Assembly (NCBI GenBank): GCA_964016885.1
Contig: OZ024740.1
Location: 201,562,001 to 201,626,000 of the forward strand
Reading direction: 5' to 3'
Length of the DNA stretch: 64,000 nt
Origin: Eledone cirrhosa
Taxonomy: Eukaryota
Each line of letters starts with the position of its first letter. Position 1 is the stretch's first letter. The position numbers and the translations under genes were made by a program. Positions 48,831 through 61,885 of this stretch are shown in pieces. Under the pieces are notes generated by a model, which saw only the letters and a list, made by a program, of their open reading frames with translations, was not told where the DNA came from and ran no database searches.

Positions 48831-49912
48831 CTATGTGCATGTGTGTCTATGTGCATGTGTGTCTATGTGCATGTGTGTGCGTGTGTGTGTGTGTGTGTTT
48901 ATATTTGTGTCCGTGTCTATGTGCTGTAACTTAGCAGTTTGACAGAAAGATATCAATAAAGTACCAGACTCTAGAAAATTAGTACTGATGATGGTGAATG
49001 CCATAACCTATATAAGAGCAGCCTCATAATTAGATATTCTTGTCTATTAAAAATAAATCATGAAACAAAGTTTAAATATTTTTTAATATTTTTTAATTAA
49101 AACTTTCTTTTTGAATAAATTTAAATATAATGAATAAATATCATAAATTAATTTTGTGGAAGGTGGCACATTTTATTTTTGTAAATGTAAATTTATTTTA
49201 CATTATATTTTAGTATCTAGAAAATTGGGTTTGGATGTGTTTCTTCTATCATTCAGAATTTTTCTTCTTGGATGAATAAAAATGATTGTAATGCCAAGAA
49301 ATCATAGATGAGTGGAGCAACATAAGAGCAAATGCTGACACCACATAAGTGAATATAAAGAACAAAGAGATACCTGACTAGCTGTTAATATAAACCACAT
49401 GACAGAAGCCTGATTAAAGGAAAAACAACCACTGTAGAATCACCCCCCACCTGACAGTTAATAGAACCTGAATGACTACAACCCAATTAAACCAGTAGCA
49501 ATCTTTTTTTCCAGCAGCAATCTGCTGAAATTGGCATCAGACCCAGGTTTTGTCAAATATTTAATCAAATGCATAATACAATTGTAACAGTTAAACAGAT
49601 GCAACTCTACAAGACGGTCTAGTGGTAAGTATTGAACTCACAGCCATAAGTTCATGGGTACAATACCTGGACCAAGCATTGTGTTGTATTTTTTAACAAG
49701 ATACTTCATTTCAAGTTGCTTTTCGTGATAGGACTGAGGCTCCAATCATTATAATACCTGAGAAATCTTCTATGAGTTGTAACTTTGTAGGATGCTAGCT
49801 AAACATACTTTGGTATGGGATGTAAATTTCATTTTTTTTTTCTCCATACATTGCAACTACAAGAGTCTCACTGGGAAGATACAAAAACTATGTAAATACC
49901 GGAACTATATAT

Positions 49913-50360
49913 TATCTGTAGAAGTCTAATTAGACCAAAGACTGTAAACATCAGAGCAGTGTACTAATTGTAGAAGTCTAATTAGACCAAAGACTGTAAA
50001 CATCAGAGCAGTGTACTAATTGTAGAAGTCTAATTAGACCAAAGACTGTAAACATCAGAGCAGTGTACTATCTGTAGAAGTCTAATTAGACCAAAGACTG
50101 TAAACATCAGAGCAGTGTACTATCTGTAGAAGTCTAATTAGACCAAAGACTGTAAACATCAGAGCAGTGTACTATCTGTAGAAGTCTAATTAGACCAAAG
50201 ACTGTAAACATCAGAGCAGTGTACTATCTGTAGAAGTCTAATTAGACCAAAGACTGTAAACATCAGAGCAGTGTACTAATTGTAGAAGTCTAATTAGACC
50301 AAAGACTGTAAACATCAGAGCAGTGTACTATCTGTAGAAGTCTAATTAGACCAAAGACTG
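49913..50360. repeat. 52-53-bp tandem repeat, ~8.5 copies
   Basis: TGTAGAAGTCTAATTAGACCAAAGACTGTAAACATCAGAGCAGTGTACTA(AT/TATC variant) repeated. Confidence 0.95.
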
Positions 50361-51444
50361 TCTATGTTTGTGTGTGTTTGACAGGGACATGTGGTTATTG
50401 GTGTGTATTGTGTGGCTATATGTATTTGTGTGTGTGTACATAAGGGGATGGGTTTTCGTGTCCAGTATGGTCCAAGTTGGTAAGACTGGTGTATATGGCA
50501 GCTATGTCTGAAGTGGAGGAGAAAGGAATTGTGGGTGAGTGGTAACCACAAGAAGTGTGTGGATGTGTATGTGTATATATACACACACACACGCATATAT
50601 ATATACACACACACATATATATATACTTACACACATATACAGGCACAGATATACAACACACACACACACACATACAACACACACATATACATACATACAT
50701 ACATACATACATACATACATACATACATACATACATACATACAAGAGAGAGAGAGAGTGATACAGTTTGACTTAACTATGCACTACCAGTAGTTTCAAGA
50801 TGAAAACATGTTTAAATCATCAGGTGAGAACTCATAACTTATGAAGAAATGGTGGCTAATTGGGTATACATGCATATAAATATGTTTATAGGGTGCGCAC
50901 CTGAGTATTCAGTGCCCCAGGCTAGCTCTTCAATGTATACCCCCATCCACCAGTTGTGGTACCTGTCCCACCACCAAATAAAATAATTTCACCCTTTAGT
51001 TACCAACGCAGCCAAAACTTGCTCTGGTACTGTGAAATAAAACCACCCCTTTTAAAGGTTTCCAATTTAAATTATAATCTTCCAATATAATTTTCTATAA
51101 GAACAATACATTAAGTTACAATTTTACTAATCAAATAATTAATGATTTTAGTAAATCCCTCAGAATTATTCATTAACTAATTGAAAGAATGTATTTCATG
51201 AGAATTTATGGTCATGAAAGGTTAACTTTGGTAAGCTAATGGACATGAAAATTACTAAGCCAGCATTTTTCACTATACAGTCCAGAGTCACCCATGCCAA
51301 ATTAAATGACAGGTCATCACACCATACAACCCTCTCCACTACTTTGGATATTTCCACAATATGACAAATATGTTTAGTGGTATATTTATTGATTGCAGGA
51401 AAGCATTATGTATTTAATTTAATTATAGAAATTTGTATAATAAT

Positions 51445-51633
51445 TGTTTCTACTTTTGGCACAAGGCCAGCAATTATCCAGTATATTACTGGTACTTCAT
51501 TTTATCGACCCCGTAAGGATGAAAGGCAAAGTTAACCTCGGCGGGATTTGAACTCAGATCATAAAGGGCAGTAACTCTATGCTGCAAAGCATGGTGTCCA
51601 ACCCTCTACCGATACTGCCAATCCACCACCACC
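51445..51633 (-). mobile_element. Full-length family-B SINE with 24-bp target-site duplication
   Basis: Flanked by AATTATAGAAATTTGTATAATAAT at 51421-51444 and 51634-51657. Confidence 0.88.
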
Positions 51634-52151
51634 AATTATAGAAATTTGTATAATAATGTAATCTCTTAAGGTAGGGTTGAATTTAGATCTTGGGGAGCCC
51701 AGGGCACTTCAGGTTAGGGAGGGCCTCATGCAAATTAGAAAACACAGCACCCCAACCCCCCAAATTCCACATATCAAAGTGAGCTTGGCGCAAGTAATTG
51801 GAATTGAAAAGTTATACATACAGGTATTAAATTCAAAAATTCTAACCATTCTAAAACTAAAAAACCCAGCTGAGGGCACAAATAAATTGCTATGACTGTC
51901 GCTGGTAGGGGTCTGCCAATGGGGGGAAGGGTGACCCCTTTTGCACACACACCCTCCCCAATTTTAAATCCGACCTTGCTTTAAGGTTCAATGATGTGCA
52001 TCTCTGAGGTCTACACCCTAGGCAGCTTTAATGGTAGCGCCGTCCTTCATAATTGGGTGTGTATGGTGATATCTGCATGTATGGTGATATCTGCTTTCCT
52101 GTTGTAAGAATTATCCTTTATAACTAGATGTAAAATTAATGCTAATGAAAT

Positions 52152-52715
52152 ATGAGAGAGAGAGAGTGGGAGATGGATGAGAAGGAGAGATGAAAGAGAG
52201 AGGGAGAGATGGGTGAGAGGGGGAGAGATGGGTGAGAGGGGGAGAGATAGATAAAATGGAGAGATGGGTGAGAGGGGGGAGACAAATGAGAGAGAGGGAG
52301 ATAGATGAGAGGGGGAAAGATAGATGAGAGGGGGAGAGATGGATGAGAGGGGGAGAGATAGATAAAATGGAGAGATGGTGAGAGGGGGGGAGACAGATGA
52401 GAGGGGGGGAGACAGATGAGAGAGGGGGAGAGATGGATGGGAGGGGGAGAGATGGATGGGAGGGGGAGAGATGGCTGGGAGGGGGAGAGATGGATGAGAG
52501 AAGGAGAGATGGATGAGAGAAGGAGAGATAGATGAGAGAGGGAGAGATAGATGAGAGAGGGAGCGATAGATGAGAGAGGGAGCGATAGATGAGAGAGGGA
52601 GCGATAGATGAGAGAGGGAGCGATAGATGAGAGAGGGATGAGAGAGGGACAGATAGATGAGAGGGGAAAAGATAGATGAGAGAGGAAGATATGGAAGTGA
52701 GAGGGGGAGCAAGAG
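52152..52715. repeat. Purine-rich degenerate GAGAGATGG/GATAGATGA repeat
   Basis: Directly visible, with strong strand asymmetry. Confidence 0.9.
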
Positions 52716-52904
52716 ATGTTGAAATAGTAGAAAATGGAAAAGAATATAATTAGGTGTGCATTTACTCTTTCTTTTTATATAATTTGTATTTTTACAGCAA
52801 AGATTTATAATTTAATTTATTATGCGGGAGGAGGGGGGCAGTTGAAGCAGTGAAAATAGTATTTTTCATCTAGAATACATTGAGAAAGTACTTAAAGTGA
52901 TAAC

Positions 52905-55900
52905 AGCAAGTAGTGGTGGTGGTAGTAAGTAGTGGTGGTGGTGGTGGTAGTAAGTAGTGGTGGTGGTAGTAAGTAGTGGTGGTGGTAGTAAGTAGTGGTG
53001 GTGGTAGTAAGTAGTGGTGGTGGTAGTAAGTAGTGGTGGTGGTAGTAAGTAGTGGTGGTGGTAGTAAGTGGTTGTGGTGGTAGTAAGTGGTTGTGGTGGT
53101 AGTAAGTGGTTGTGGTGGTAGTAGTAGGTGGTTGTGGTGGTAGTAGTAAGTAGTTGTGGTGGTAGTAAGTGGTTGTGGTGGTAGTAAGTGGTTGTGGTGG
53201 TAGTAAGTGGTTGTGGTGGTAGTAGTAAGTAGTTGTGGTGGTAGTAGTAAGTAGTTGTGGTGGTAGTAGTAAGTAGTTGTGGTGGTAGTAGTAAGTAGTT
53301 GTGGTGGTAGTAGTAAGTAGTTGTGGTGGTAGTAAGAAGTGGTGGTGGTAGTAAGTGGTTGTGGTGGTAGTAAGTGGTTGTGGTGGTAGTAAGTGGTTGT
53401 GGTGGTAGTAAGAGGTGGTGGTGGTAGTAAGTGGTTGTGGTGGTAGTAGTAGGTGGTTGTGATGGTAGTAGTAGGTGGTTGTGATGGTAGTAGTAGGTGG
53501 TTGTGGTGGTAGTAGTAGGTGGTTGTGGTGGTAGTAGTAAGTAGTTGTGGTGGTAGTAGTAAGTAGTTGTGGTGGTAGTAAGTGGTGGTGGTAGTAAGTA
53601 GTGGTGGTGGTAGTAAGTAGTTGTGGTAGTAGTTAGTAGTTTGGTGGTAGTAAGTAGTGGTGGTGGTAGTAAGAGGTGGTGGTAGTAGTTAGTAGTGGTG
53701 GTGGTAGTAAGTAGTGGTGGTGGTAGTAAGTAGTGGTGGTGGTAGTAAGTAGTGGTGGTGGTAGTAAGTAGTGGTGGTGGTAGTAAGTAGTGGTGGTGGT
53801 AGTAAGTAGTGGTGGTGGTAGTAAGTAGTTGTGGTGGTAGTAAGTAGTTGTGGTGGTAGTAAGAAGTGGTGGTGGTAGTAAGAAGTGGTGGTGGTAGTAA
53901 GAAGTGGTGGTGGTAGTAAGAAGTGGTGGTGGTAGTAAGAGGTGGTAGTAAGTAGTGGTGGTGGTAGTAAGAAGTGGTGGTGGTAGTAAGTGGTTGTGGT
54001 GGTAGTAAGTGGTTGTGGTGGTAGTAGTAGGTGGTTGTGGTGGTAGTAGTAAGTAGTTGTGGTGGTAGTAGTAAGTAGTTGTGGTGGTGGTAGTAGTAAG
54101 TAGTTGTGGTAGTAGTTAGTAGTTGTGGTGGTAGTAAGTAGTGGTGGTGGTAGTAAGAGGTGGTGGTAGTAGTTAGTAGTGGTGGTGGTAGTAAGTAGTG
54201 GTGGTGGTAGTAAGTAGTGGTGGTGGTAGTAAGTAGTGGTGGTGGTAGTAGGTAGTGGTGGTAGTAAGTAGTGGTGGTGGTAGTAAGTAGTGGTGGTGGT
54301 AGTAAGTAGTGGTGGTGGTAGTAAGAGGTGGTGGTGGTAGTAAGAGGTGTGGTGGTAGTAAGTAGTGGTGGTGGTAGTAAGTAGTGGTGGTGGTAGTAAG
54401 TAGTGGTTGTGGTAGTAAGTAGTTGTGGTGGTAGTAAGAAGTGGTGGTGGTAGTAAGAGGTGGTAGTAAGTAGTGGTGGTGGTAGTAAGAAGTGGTGGTG
54501 GTAGTAAGTGGTTGTGGTGGTAGCAAGTGGTTGTGGTGGTAGTAAGTGGTTGTGGTGGTAGTAAGTGGTTGTGGTGGTAGTAGTAAGTGGTTGTGGTGGT
54601 AGTTAGTAGTTGTGGTGGTAGTAAGAAGTGGTGGTGGTAGTAAGTAGTGGTGGTGGTGGTAGTAAGTGGTTGTGGTGGTAGTAAGTGGTTGTGGTGGTAG
54701 TAAGTGGTTGTGGTGGTAGTAGTAGGTGGTTGTGGTGGTAGTAGTAAGTAGTTGTGGTAGTAGTTAGTAGTTGTGGTGGTAGTAAGTAGTGGTGGTGGTA
54801 GTAAGAGGTGGTAGTAAGTAGTGGTGGTGGTAGTAAGAGGTGGTAGTAAGTAGTGGTGGCAAGTAGTGGTGGTGGTAAGTAGAGGTGGTGGTAAGTAGTG
54901 GTGGTGGTAAGTAGTGGTGGTGGTAAGTAGTGGTGGTGGTAAGTAGTGGTGGTGGTAAGTAGAGGTGGTGGTAAGTAGAGGTGGTGGTAAGTAGAGGTGG
55001 TGGTAAGTAGTGGTGGTGGTAAGTAGAGGTGGTGGTAAGTAGTGGTGGTGGTAAGTAGAGGTGGTGGTAAGTAGAGGTGGTGGTAAGTAGAGGTGGTGGT
55101 AAGTAGTGGTGGTGGTAAGTAGAGGTGGTGGTAAGTAGTGGTGGTGGTAAGTAGTGGTGGTGGTAAGTAGTGGTGGTGGTGGTAAGTGGTGGTGGTGGTA
55201 AGTTGTGGTGGTGGTAAGTAGTGGTGGTTGTAAGTAGTGGTGGCGGTAAGTAGTGGTGGCAGTAAGTAGTGGTGGTAGTAAGTAGTGGTGGTGGTAAGTA
55301 GTGGTGGCAGTAAGTATAGGTGGCAGTAAGTAGTGGTGGTAGTAAGTAGTGGTGGTAGTAAGTAGACGTGGTAGTAAGTAGTGGTGGCAGTAAGTAGTGG
55401 TGGTAGTAAGTAGTGGTGGTAGTAAGTAGACGTGGTAGTAAGTAGTGGTGGTAGTAAGTAGTGGTGGCAGTAAGTAGTGGTGGCAGTAAGTAGTGGTGGT
55501 AGTAAGTAGTGGTGGTAGTAAGTAGACGTGGTAGTAAGTAGTGGTGGCAGTAAGTAGTGGTGGCAGTAAGTAGTGGTGGCAGTAAGTAGTGGTGGCAGTA
55601 ATTAGTGGTGGCAGTAAGTAGTGGTGGTAGTAAGTAGTGGTGGTAGTAAGTAGTGGTGGTAGTAAGTAGTGGTGGTAGTAAGTAGTGGTGGCAGTAAGTA
55701 GTGGTGGCAGTAAGTAGTGGTGGTAGTAAGTAGTGGTGGTAGTAAGTAGTGGTGGCAGTAAGTAGTGGTGGTAGTAAGTAGTGGTGGCAGTAAGTAGTGG
55801 TGGTAGTAAGTAGTGGTGGTAGTAAGTAGTGGTGGTAGTAAGTAGTGGTGGCAGTAAGTAGTGGTGGTAGTAAGTAGTGGTGGTAGTAAGTAGTGGTGGC

Positions 55901-56265
55901 AGTAAGTAGTGGTGGCAGTAAGTAGTGGTGGTAGTAAGTAGTGGTGGCAGTAAGTAGTGGTGGCAGTAAGTAGTGGTGGCAGTAAGTAGTGGTGGTAGTA
56001 AGTAGTGGTGGTAGTTGTGGTGGTAGTAAGTAGTGGTGGTAGTAATTAGTGGTGGTAGTAAGTAGTGGTGGTAGTAATTAGTGGTGGTAGTAAGTAGTGG
56101 TGGCAGTAAGTAGTGGTGGCAGTAAGTAGTGGTGGTAGTAATTAGTGGTGGTAGTAATTAGTGGTGGTAGTAAGTAGTGGTGGCAGTAAGTAGTGGTGGC
56201 AGTAAGTAGTGGTGGCAGTAAGTAGTGGTGGTAGTAAGTAGTGGTGGTAGTTGTGGTGATGGTGG
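52905..56265. repeat. ~3.4-kb simple-sequence satellite of (GGT)n-AGTAAGT-type 13-22-nt units
   Basis: Directly visible. Unit variants change in blocks along the array. Confidence 0.97.
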
Positions 56266-56271
56266 TTATTA

Positions 56272-56530
56272 TTGGTGGGTTGGCAGTATTGGTAGAGGGT
56301 CAGACACCATGCATGATGCATAGAGTTACGGCCTTTTATGATCTGAGTTCAAATCCCGCAGAGGTTAACTTTGCCTTTCATCCTTATGGGGTCGATAAAA
56401 TAAAGTACCAGTAATGCACTGAGGTTATTGCTGGCCCTGTGCCAATAGTAGAAACAATTATTCTTATTGATGTTAAGTAGTAGTAATTGTGGTGGTGGTA
56501 AGTAGTAGTAATTGTGGTGGTGGTAAGTAA

Positions 56531-56599
<69 letters not shown>

Positions 56600-57968
56600 C
56601 AGCAGCAGCAGCAGCAATAGTGGTGGTGTATAGAAATTTAAGTGTTTATTTTTAGCCAGTATGCCAGCAGGACTGACAGCAATAAAACTAACTTTTAAAT
56701 GGAACACACTCACTACCATAACTGCTCTCATGTGGTCATGACTAGCAGTTGTACTTTCTGCTTTTCTTTGATAGTGTTTATTCCATAGGCACCTTGATGG
56801 CAATTTCTAAATAAATAATCAGCATTGGTTGCCAGGGACTACATACAATAGAAGAGACAGAAGCTGTTTGTGTTTGGCAGTTCAGAAATTCTGGCACAGA
56901 ATCATACTATGCAAACTCCTTTGAAACCTCCCTGCTAAACCTAACTCTGGTTCTATTAAAGAAAATCACTAATTTAACCCTCTCATTGTCATATTTCTAG
57001 TGAAATATACAGCCTATGTTTTTCAATTAATTTTTTAGATAACATTTTGAAAAAATGTTGTATTAAAATAACTATTATTAAGTTGGCATTTAGTAAAGCT
57101 TCACAAAAATATTATTGATAAAATAAAGTACCAGTAATGCACTGGGTGATTGCTGGCCTTGTGCCTATAGTAGAAACAATTATTATTAATAACATTGGTG
57201 AATTGGCAGTATCGGTAGAGGGTTGGACGCCATGCTTTGGCGCATAGAGTTACGGCCCTTGCCATTCTGAGTTCAAATCCCGCCGAGGTTAACTTTGCCT
57301 TTCATCCTTATGGGGTCGATAAAATAAAGTACCAGTAATGTACTGGATAATTGCTGGCCTTGTGCCAAAAGTAGAAACAATTATTATTATTTTTTCCCCT
57401 AAATACAAATACTTTAAAACAAGGTTTTTCCTCATAGAAATGGGATAGTTTGGGAAAGGTTGGCATCAAAAAGGTTAAAGGGTTTTTATTTAATCCTTTT
57501 GATCCCAAACAAGTTTTATAATGAGAAAATTATTTGAAAACTATAGGTAATGTCTTTCATTGGAAATATGGTGATGGAAGTCCAACCCATGCAGGCGTGG
57601 AAAAGGGGACGTAAAAACAATGATGATGATGAAAGAGTTAAATTAAAATCTTCCATTGTAATTTTATATAAGAACAATGTTAAGTAACTATGTTAGTAAT
57701 GAAATAATTGTTTCTACATTTGGCACAAGGTCAGCAAAATACCCAGTGTATTACTGGTACTTTATTTTATCGACCCCGTAAGGAAATAATTGTTTCTACG
57801 TTAGGCACAAGGTCAGCAATTACTCAGTGCATTACTGGTACTTTATTTTATCGACCCCGTAAGGATGAAAGGCAAAGTTAACCTCGGCGGGATTTGAACT
57901 CAGAATGGCAAGGGCCGTAACTCTATACGTCAAAGCATGGCGTCCGACCCTCTACCAATACTGCCAAT
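56272..57968. mobile_element. Several family-B SINE copies (56272-56462 +, 57118-57390 +, 57703-57968 -), some nested in piggyBac-type MITEs
   Basis: Same head, centre and tail motifs as the other family-B copies. Confidence 0.75.
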
Positions 57969-58052
57969 AAGGAAATAATAATATACAATAATGCCTCAAA
58001 ATTCTTCATTAATTAAAATGTTCATTAAAGGGTTAAAATGGTCATTAAAGAG

Positions 58053-58480
58053 TTAACCCTTTCATTAACATATTTCTAATGACAGACACTGCTTATGTCT
58101 TTAACCCTTTCATTACCATATTTCTAATTACAGACACTGCCTATGTCTTTAACCCTTTCATTACATTATTTCTAATGACAGACACTGCCTATGTCTTTAA
58201 CCCTTTCATTACCTTATTTCTAATGACAGACACTGCCTATGTCTTTAACCCTTTCATTACCATATTTCTAATGACAGACACTGCCTATGTCTTTAACCCT
58301 TTCATTACCATATTTCTAATGACAGACACTGCCTATGTCTTTAACCCTTTCATTACCATATTTCTAATGACAGACACTGCCTATGTCTTTAACCCTTTCA
58401 TTACCATATTTCTAATGACAGACACTGCCTATGTCTTTAACCCTTTCATTACCATATTTCTAATGATAGACACTGCCTAT
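58053..58480. repeat. 48-bp tandem repeat (~9 copies) derived from the terminus of the piggyBac-type MITE
   Basis: Unit TTAACCCTTTCATTACCATATTTCTAATGACAGACACTGCCTATGTCT. The last unit continues into the MITE body. Confidence 0.9.
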
Positions 58481-59391
58481 TATTTTCATATCATTCAGAA
58501 AATAATCAAGAATTTTAAGGAATTTAGTAATATAATTAATTTTCTCATTATTAAGTTGGTGTTTGGAGCACACTTTTCTTAGATAAAATTATGATGGAAG
58601 GTATTTTTAAATAAGTATAAATACTTCAAAATAGAGTTTTATATTGTACAAGCAGGAGCAGTTTCAGGTGATTTGATCTGAAAAGATTTAGGACCATAAA
58701 AATGTAGATAAGAACATAACAATATTAAATGTTGTGCTGGGTGGTGTTAGGAAGGGTATTCAACCATAGAAACTATGATGTGGAACATAAGAGTCAAGAC
58801 GTGGTTGGTTGACCAACCAGTCTAGTAGTGGACCACAATGACCCACCCAATCCATTCCAACATAGGAAAGTAAGTATACAATGATGATGAAGATAAACCT
58901 TACAAGTGTTGCTATCAATAGCCAAAAAAATACCTCATTTATGGCTTTAAAAAATGTATTATACATCAACCTTATTTCAAAATTGTTCAGTTACAACTTG
59001 AACTACTTTTAAATCTTTCAACTACAGATTATTGTAGTTTAACTTGCTGGTTACTGGCTCCATTATTCTTTAAAGTATACTTTATGCTACTGTCCAGCAA
59101 CAGTCCCTTTTTAATAGAATTTTAACAAAATAAGTGTGTGTATATAGGTGGGTGCCTGCCAATGTGGAAGTATAGATCTATGTATGTGTGTTTATTATAT
59201 ATAGCATTTATACTCTGTAAAAGTATTTATTTTTTTGAAGAATGGTAATAATTTATAATGTAGCATTTACAGTACATTTGTACAAATGTTGCAATACATT
59301 GATAGATATATTTTCAAAGGTGTGTGTGTGTGTTGGGATAGATTTACAAAGTTGTGCAGTACAATCAATGCATTCAACATTAAAATCACCA

Positions 59392-61532
59392 ATACTACAG
59401 TACATAAAACACTACAATCATCAATATAAACACTACATTACATACAACACCACAACCACCATCATAGACACTACAGTACATACAACACCACAACCACCAA
59501 CATAGACACTACAGTACATACAACACCACAACCACCAACATAGACACTACAGTACATACAACACCACAACTACCAACATAGACACTACAGTACATAAAAC
59601 ACTACAATCATCAATATAAACACTACATTACATACAACACCACAACCACCATCATAGACACTACAGTACATACAACACCACAACCACCAACATAGACACT
59701 ACAGTACATACAACACCACAACCACCAACATAGACACTACAGTACATACAACACCACAACTACCAACATAGACACTACAGTACATACAACACCACAACCA
59801 CCATCATAGACACTACAGTACATACAACACCACAACCACCAACATAGACACTACAGTACATACAACACCACAACCACCAACATAGACACTACAGTACATA
59901 CAACACCACAACTACCAACATAGACACTACAGTACATACAACACCACAACCACCAACATAGACACTACAGTACATACAACACCACAACCACCAGCATAGA
60001 CACTACAGTACATACAACACCACAACTACCAACATAGACACTACAGTACATACAACACCACAACTACCAACATAGACACTACAGTATTTACAACACCACA
60101 ACTACCAACATAGACACTACAGTACATACAACACCACATCTACCAACATAGACACTACAGTACATACAACACCACAACTACCAACATAGACACTACAGTA
60201 CATACAACACCACAACCACCAACATAGACACTACAGTACATACAACACCACAACTACCAACATAGACACTACAGTACATACAACACCACAACTACCAACA
60301 TAGACACTACAGTACATACAACACCACAACTACCAACATAGACACTACAGTACATACAACACCACAACTACCAACATAGACACTACAGTACATACAACAC
60401 CACAACTACCAACATAGACACTACAGTACATACAACACCACAACCACCAACATAGACACTACAGTACATACAACACCACAACTACCAACATAGACACTAC
60501 AGTACATACAACACCACAACCACTAACATAGACACTACAGTACATACAACACCACAACTACCAACATAGACACTACAGTACATACAACACCACAACTACC
60601 AACATAGACACTACAGTACATACAACACCACAACCACCAACATAGACACTACAGTACATACAACACCACAACTACCAACATAGACACTACAGTACATAGA
60701 ACACCACAACTACCAACATAGACACTACAGTACATACAACACCACAACCACCATCATAGACACTACAGTACATACAACACCACAACCACCATCATAGACA
60801 CTACAGTACATACAACACCACAACTACCAACATAGACACTACAGTACATACAACACCACAACTACCAACATAGACACTACAGTACATACAACACCACAAC
60901 CACCATCATAGACACTACAGTACATACAACACCACAACCACCATCATAGACACTACAGTACATACAACACCACAACCACCAACATAGACACTACAGTACA
61001 TACAACACCACAACTACCAACACAGACACTACAGTACATACAACACCACAACCACCAACATAGACACTACAGTACATACAACACCACAACTACCAACATA
61101 GACACTACAGTACATACAACACCACAACCACCAACATAGACACTACAGTACATACAACACCACAACCACCAACACAGACACTACAGTACATACAACACCA
61201 CAACCACCAACATAGACACTACAGTACATACAACACCACAACTACCAACATAGACACTACATTACCTACAACACCACAACCACCAACACAGACACTACAG
61301 TACATACAACACCACAACCACCAACATAGACACTACAGTACATACAACACCACAACTACCAACATAGACACTACATTACCTACAACACCACAACCACCAA
61401 CACAGACACTACAGTACATACAACACCACAACTACCAACATAGACACTACAGTACATACAACACCATAACCACCAACATAGACACTACATTACCTACAAC
61501 ACCACAACCACCAACACAGACACTACAGTACA
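59392..61532. repeat. 38-bp minisatellite, roughly 55 copies
   Basis: CATAGACACTACAGTACATACAACACCACAAC(C/T)ACCAA at 59463, 59501 and onward. Confidence 0.97.
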
Positions 61533-61544
61533 GTACATTCAAAG

Positions 61545-61885
61545 AATATACAATGCAAGAGTGAAATGAAGTGAGCATGAATGGGGGAAGAGAAAAAACT
61601 GAGTATAAGAGGAATTATATGTAGTGTGCAAGAGAGAAGACTGCACTGGTATGGACATGTGATGTGGATGAATGATGATCATTGGGTAAAGAAGTGCCAA
61701 GAAATCCCAGTGGAAAGAAGCCACAGTAGAAGACCTGAGCAGAGGTGGTAGGAGCTGGTCTCAAATCACTGAAACTCACAAAGGAGCTGACAAACATTTG
61801 CAACAAGGGGAGGGCTGCTGTGCTGGAATCCACCTGTCCAACCCATACAACAATGAGGATATAGGTATAAAATGATGGTGATGTA
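61545..61885 (+). mobile_element. Degenerate RTE 3' fragment
   Basis: Encodes REKLSIRGI.CSVQERRLHWYGHVM.MNDDHWVKKC, similar to the end of the 7393-8052 ORF. Confidence 0.7.

Noticed and set aside
51673-51978. Possible MITE with AGGGTTGAATTTA / TAAATCCGACCTT ends
   Set aside because: The TIRs and the putative 8-bp TSD are too degenerate to call.
56714-56806. Possible 93-nt minus-strand exon (TTTATTTAG / GTGAGT; KLPSRCLWNKHYQ...)
   Set aside because: Only phase 0 is open, which cannot join the phase-1 PDZ exon, and there is no PDZ similarity. It could be a cryptic or UTR exon but is unsupported.
58079-58582. 167-aa repeat protein ORF
   Set aside because: Product of the 48-bp MITE-derived tandem repeat, whose length is a multiple of three.
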